DNA from: Candidatus Ratteibacteria bacterium
GTDB taxonomy: Bacteria; Ratteibacteria; UBA8468; MWAK01
Direction of reading: 5' to 3'
DNA length: 64,000 bases
Assembly (NCBI GenBank): GCA_041653615.1
Contig: JBAZEZ010000005.1
Coordinates: 23,289 to 87,288 of the forward strand
The translations under genes were made by a program, and so were the position numbers. The first letter of the stretch is position 1, and each line of letters opens with the position of its first letter. This document shows, piece by piece, positions 61,059-64,000 of this stretch. The notes under the pieces were generated by a model. The model saw only the letters and a list, made by a program, of their open reading frames with translations. It ran no database searches and had not been told where the DNA came from.

Positions 61059-61289
61059 ATTCGTGGTTTTTCTTAAAGTTTAGCCGGGGAATAATGATAT
61101 TTCTTGAACTTTTAGCTGGTTTGAAATCACCTCTCGTTTCTCGGGTATGTTATCACAGATTGAAGTGTTTCTCCAGCCGGCGTCATAAGCTCGATATTTC
61201 GGGTAATGGTATCAGCACAATGATTTTTTGACACAATTGTGTTATACTAAATAGACAAAAGGTTAAATAAAAATGGGGGGGGTAAGATA

Positions 61290-61934
61290 ATGGCAGAATT
61301 ACAAAACGAGCAGGCAATTATTGTCAATGCCGGAACCGGCGAGTTTTTCGGTAAGATAAAAGAAGTTAAAAACAATGAGGAATACGAAATATCTTTTTTT
61401 GATAATAAATCGTGTTGTTGGGCATCAAAAATTTCCTCAGAAAAAAATAGCCTGGTAGGACAACAATGCCGGGTTTATTATTTAAACAAAGAAAGAATCC
61501 GCTCTTTCTTTACGGCAACCATATCTTCCGCAAATGGCAATTTCATTCTTCAGCAGAGTTCTTCCGCCGGTTCCCAGGTCAGGCAAATCAGACACTTTGC
61601 GCGTTTTAAAGTCGATTTGCCGGCAACAGTCATGAACGAAAATCTTCTAGGGAGAGGTGTTATCATAAACGATGTCCTGCCGGGTGTGGGAATCAACGTG
61701 AAAACCTTTAATATCAGCACGGGCGGAGTAGGGATAATTTCGGAAATTCCGTTTCAGCTGAATTCCTTCATTACTATAGAGGTAAATTTTTGCGGGGAAA
61801 AAGTTAAGGCAATAGGCGAGGTAAAATATTGCCTGAAAAATGATGCGCTCTTTTTTGCCGGCGTGGAGTTCATTGTAATATCGGAGGAAACAAAAGGAAG
61901 ATTGGAAAACCTGCTGCTGGTTTTGGGAGCTTAG
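61290..61934 (+). CDS. PilZ-domain (c-di-GMP-binding) protein
   Basis: RQIRHFAR (RxxxR) and NISTGGVGI (D/NxSxxG) fit the PilZ motifs. Confidence 0.5.
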   Translation: MAELQNEQAIIVNAGTGEFFGKIKEVKNNEEYEISFFDNKSCCWASKISSEKNSLVGQQCRVYYLNKERIRSFFTATISSANGNFILQQSSSAGSQVRQIRHFARFKVDLPATVMNENLLGRGVIINDVLPGVGINVKTFNISTGGVGIISEIPFQLNSFITIEVNFCGEKVKAIGEVKYCLKNDALFFAGVEFIVISEETKGRLENLLLVLGA

Positions 61935-62103
61935 CTCAAAACGGCGGGGAGGGAAATAGCTGCCCGGTGAGGATTCGGCGGTTTCGGCTTCACCGCGCCT
62001 CAACTCGGCCACCCGCTGGCAACGTTCCCTATTCGGTCGCCTCGCCTGACTTCGCTCCCCTCGAATCCTCAATACCCGGGCTTTAGGCGGGATTAAAATT
62101 GGG

Positions 62104-62174
62104 CTGCCCGGTGAGGATTCGAACCTCAACGCCCAGCTTCAAAGGCTGGTGTGCTACCATTACACAACCGGGCA
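62104..62174 (-). tRNA. tRNA-Gln (anticodon UUG)
   Basis: The reverse complement reads TGCCCGG-TT-GTGT-AATGGTA-GCAC-A-CCAGC-CTTTGAA-GCTGG-GCGT-TGAGG-TTCGAAT-CCTCA-CCGGGCA-G. The cloverleaf has 7-bp acceptor and 5-bp anticodon and T stems. CCA is not encoded. Confidence 0.8.
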
Positions 62175-62183
62175 ATAACTATA

Positions 62184-62214
62184 GTGAATAGTGAACTGTG
62201 AACAGTGAACGGTA
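62184..62214. repeat. left GTGAA-rich inverted repeat flanking the four-helix-bundle cassette
   Basis: AGTGAATAGTGAACTGTGAACAGTGAACGGTAA is an imperfect reverse complement of 62606-62634. Confidence 0.6.
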
Positions 62215-62219
62215 ACAGA

Positions 62220-62606
62220 CTAAACTGCTGTTTTTAGTTTTCTAACCAATCCTGAAATAAGCTTGAAAGTTGTGGTTGTCAACGAAACAGTATCTTTGTA
62301 ATTACGTTCATTTAGATAGTTTAACTTTAACGATATTTCCAGTTGTGTGTCAAGTTCACTTAAAGAACCTTGAGATATACTCAGAAATTGTAAGAATTCC
62401 TTCGTAGAATTACGTGCTGCTCCTTCCGCAATATTACTGGCAACCGATACTGCACATCTGCGCATCTGATTCGTCAATCCATAAATTTCTTCTTTTGGGA
62501 AAAGGCTTGTTATTTTGTAAATTATTTCCGTTAGTTCTATAGATTTTTGCCACACTTCCAATTTTTTATGCGGTCTTACTGCTTCATTTGTTTTATCTTT
62601 TTCCAT
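62220..62606 (-). CDS. four-helix-bundle protein (23S rRNA intervening-sequence protein family)
   Basis: ...LEVWQKSIELTEIIYKITSLFPKEEIYGLTNQMRRCAVSVASNIAEGAAR... matches the characteristic family (Q.RRA.SI..NIAEG). It is flanked by inverted repeats. Confidence 0.7.
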   Translation of the reverse strand: MEKDKTNEAVRPHKKLEVWQKSIELTEIIYKITSLFPKEEIYGLTNQMRRCAVSVASNIAEGAARNSTKEFLQFLSISQGSLSELDTQLEISLKLNYLNERNYKDTVSLTTTTFKLISGLVRKLKTAV

Positions 62607-62634
62607 TCACCGTTCACCATTTACCATTCACTGC
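62606..62634. repeat. right GTGAA-rich inverted repeat flanking the four-helix-bundle cassette
   Basis: TTCACCGTTCACCATTTACCATTCACTG overlaps the start codon. Confidence 0.6.
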
Positions 62635-62636
62635 TT

Positions 62637-64000
62637 TTAATGTCGAAAATGGCGCTGGCCGGCCATAACCATTATCATTCCATATTTTTCCGCGGCGGCC
62701 AGGACCTCGGCGTCTTTCTTGGAACCGCCCGGGTGGATGATGGAAATCGCGCCTTCCTTAGCAACCACTTCCAGGGCATCCGGGAACGGGAAAAAAGCGT
62801 CGGAAGCCACCGCGGCTCCGGAGACGTCGAATCCGAAACCTTTTGCTTTGGAGACCGCAATCTTGGCGGAATCAACCCGGGACATCTGGCCGGCTCCAAT
62901 GCCGATGGTCTGGCCGCCTTTTACCAGAATGATGGCGTTGCTCTTGGTGTATTTAGCCACCAGGTAAGCAAACTTCATCTCTTCCAGTTGAGCCGCGTCC
63001 GGGGACTTGACGCTGACCACCTTCAGTTCCGAAAAAAGGGCGGTGTCAACGTCCTGGACCAGAAAACCGCCGCTTACCTTCCGAAAATCGAATTTCCCCC
63101 CTTCTTTTTTGGGCCAACTCAACCGCAGTACCCGGATATCCGGTTTCTTTTTGAAGATATTAAGTGCCGTCTCGTTGTATTCCGGAGCAATTACGCATTC
63201 CACAAAACCGGTGATAATTTCAGCCGCGGTATCTTCGGCTACCGGACGGTTTAGCGCTACGATGCCGCCGAAGGCGCTGACCGGGTCGCAGGCGCGCGCT
63301 TTCTGGAAGGCGGTCAGGATATCCGGGCCAAGCGCGACACCACAGGGGTTATTGTGCTTGACGATTACCGCCGCTTCCGGGTCTAATTCCCGGACCAGGG
63401 AGAGGGCGGCTTCCAGGTCAAGGTAGTTGTTGTAGGAAAGTTCTTTGCCCTGGAGTTGTTCGGCGTCGACCAGGAGCCCGATTTCGGAACGGAAACTCTT
63501 TTGCCGATAGAGACTGGCTTTCTGGTGAGGGTTCTCGCCGTACCGCAAATCCGCAATCTTTTCCAGGAGCAGGGAGATTCGGGCCGGGAAAGCCGGCGCT
63601 TCTTTTTCCTGATTGAGATAAAGGGAAATAACCGCGTCATACATTGAAGTTTTCGCAAAGACCGCGGCGCCCAATTGCCGGGCGATTTCTTTTGAAATCC
63701 TGCCTTTTTTTAATTTCAGTTCGTTGATGATTGCCGGGTACTGATTTGGGTCCGAAAGGACAACCACGTCCGAACTGTTTTTGGCGGCCGCCCGCAGAAG
63801 GCTGGGACCTCCGATATCAATATTTTCAATGGCGGTCTCCAGGTTGGTTTCTTTTTTTGCCGCTACTTTTTCAAACGGGTAAAGGTTGACGCAGACCAGG
63901 TCGATTGGCCTGATTTTCTCTTTTTCAACTTCTTCGCGGTGTTTCGGAACTTCCCGCCGGAAGAGAATGCCGGCAAAGATTTTGGGGTGCAGGGTTTTAA
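62637..64000 (-). CDS. purH: bifunctional AICAR transformylase / IMP cyclohydrolase (partial; the N-terminus lies beyond the window end)
   Basis: The C-terminal AICARFT domain ends ...MVMAGQRHFRH. Upstream, in frame to the window edge, it reads ...LKTLHPKIFAGILFRREVPKH, a classical PurH motif. Confidence 0.9.
   Translation of the reverse strand, partial: KTLHPKIFAGILFRREVPKHREEVEKEKIRPIDLVCVNLYPFEKVAAKKETNLETAIENIDIGGPSLLRAAAKNSSDVVVLSDPNQYPAIINELKLKKGRISKEIARQLGAAVFAKTSMYDAVISLYLNQEKEAPAFPARISLLLEKIADLRYGENPHQKASLYRQKSFRSEIGLLVDAEQLQGKELSYNNYLDLEAALSLVRELDPEAAVIVKHNNPCGVALGPDILTAFQKARACDPVSAFGGIVALNRPVAEDTAAEIITGFVECVIAPEYNETALNIFKKKPDIRVLRLSWPKKEGGKFDFRKVSGGFLVQDVDTALFSELKVVSVKSPDAAQLEEMKFAYLVAKYTKSNAIILVKGGQTIGIGAGQMSRVDSAKIAVSKAKGFGFDVSGAAVASDAFFPFPDALEVVAKEGAISIIHPGGSKKDAEVLAAAEKYGMIMVMAGQRHFRH

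Noticed and set aside
61985-62103. Possible integrated island between the tRNA-Gln 3'-end repeats
   Set aside because: Only about 120 bp separate the repeats, which is too small for an element. It is treated as an att scar or structured remnant rather than a mobile element feature.
62637-63767. purH start at the first Met of the ORF-track ORF
   Set aside because: The frame stays open upstream to the window edge and encodes the conserved ...LKTLHPKIFAGILF... IMP-cyclohydrolase region, so the gene is partial here.

Overview
This 64-kb window reads as chromosomal DNA from an anaerobic Gram-negative bacterium. A DUF1559/H-X9-DG prepilin-like protein points to the Planctomycetes–Verrucomicrobia or Omnitrophota kind. 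GC is about 52%, with one AT-rich island.

Main content, in order along the window:
- A housekeeping block: dinB, an M23 peptidase, an HD-GYP/GAF phosphodiesterase, and msrA.
- Two TPP riboswitches, each followed by an intrinsic terminator and a Thi4-type thiazole synthase gene.
- A low-GC island at about 10.2–12.9 kb carrying two nucleases that look modification-dependent: a PUA/EVE-like–HNH protein and an SRA-like–HNH_2 protein that is frameshifted.
- A radical-SAM/SPASM gene sitting next to an ABC exporter.
- A minus-strand copper locus: a cusCBA-like HME-RND pump, three paralogous YHS–cupredoxin (CuA-like motif) proteins, csoR and copA.
- Duplicated cysK–metY sulfide-assimilation pairs.
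- arsM with a Cys-rich AbrB-type regulator.
- A second, TetR-controlled RND pump and two TolC/MacA/MacB-like systems.
- A short GspE-like ATPase grouped with zinc-ribbon, ankyrin and TPR proteins.
- A tRNA-Gln flanked by partial copies of itself, next to a four-helix-bundle (IVS-type) cassette.
- A partial purH at the window end.

Non-coding structure is unusually rich:
- Two MITE-like repeat families with perfect terminal inverted repeats, six copies in total, all at gene boundaries.
- GC-rich REP-like multi-hairpin elements.
- A conserved structured 5'-leader motif, four full copies plus one partial, with stem covariation. It sits immediately upstream of the Shine-Dalgarno (SD) sequences of both thi4 genes, cysK2, a cupredoxin gene and a DUF2292 gene, and appears previously undescribed.

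No rRNA or CRISPR array is present.
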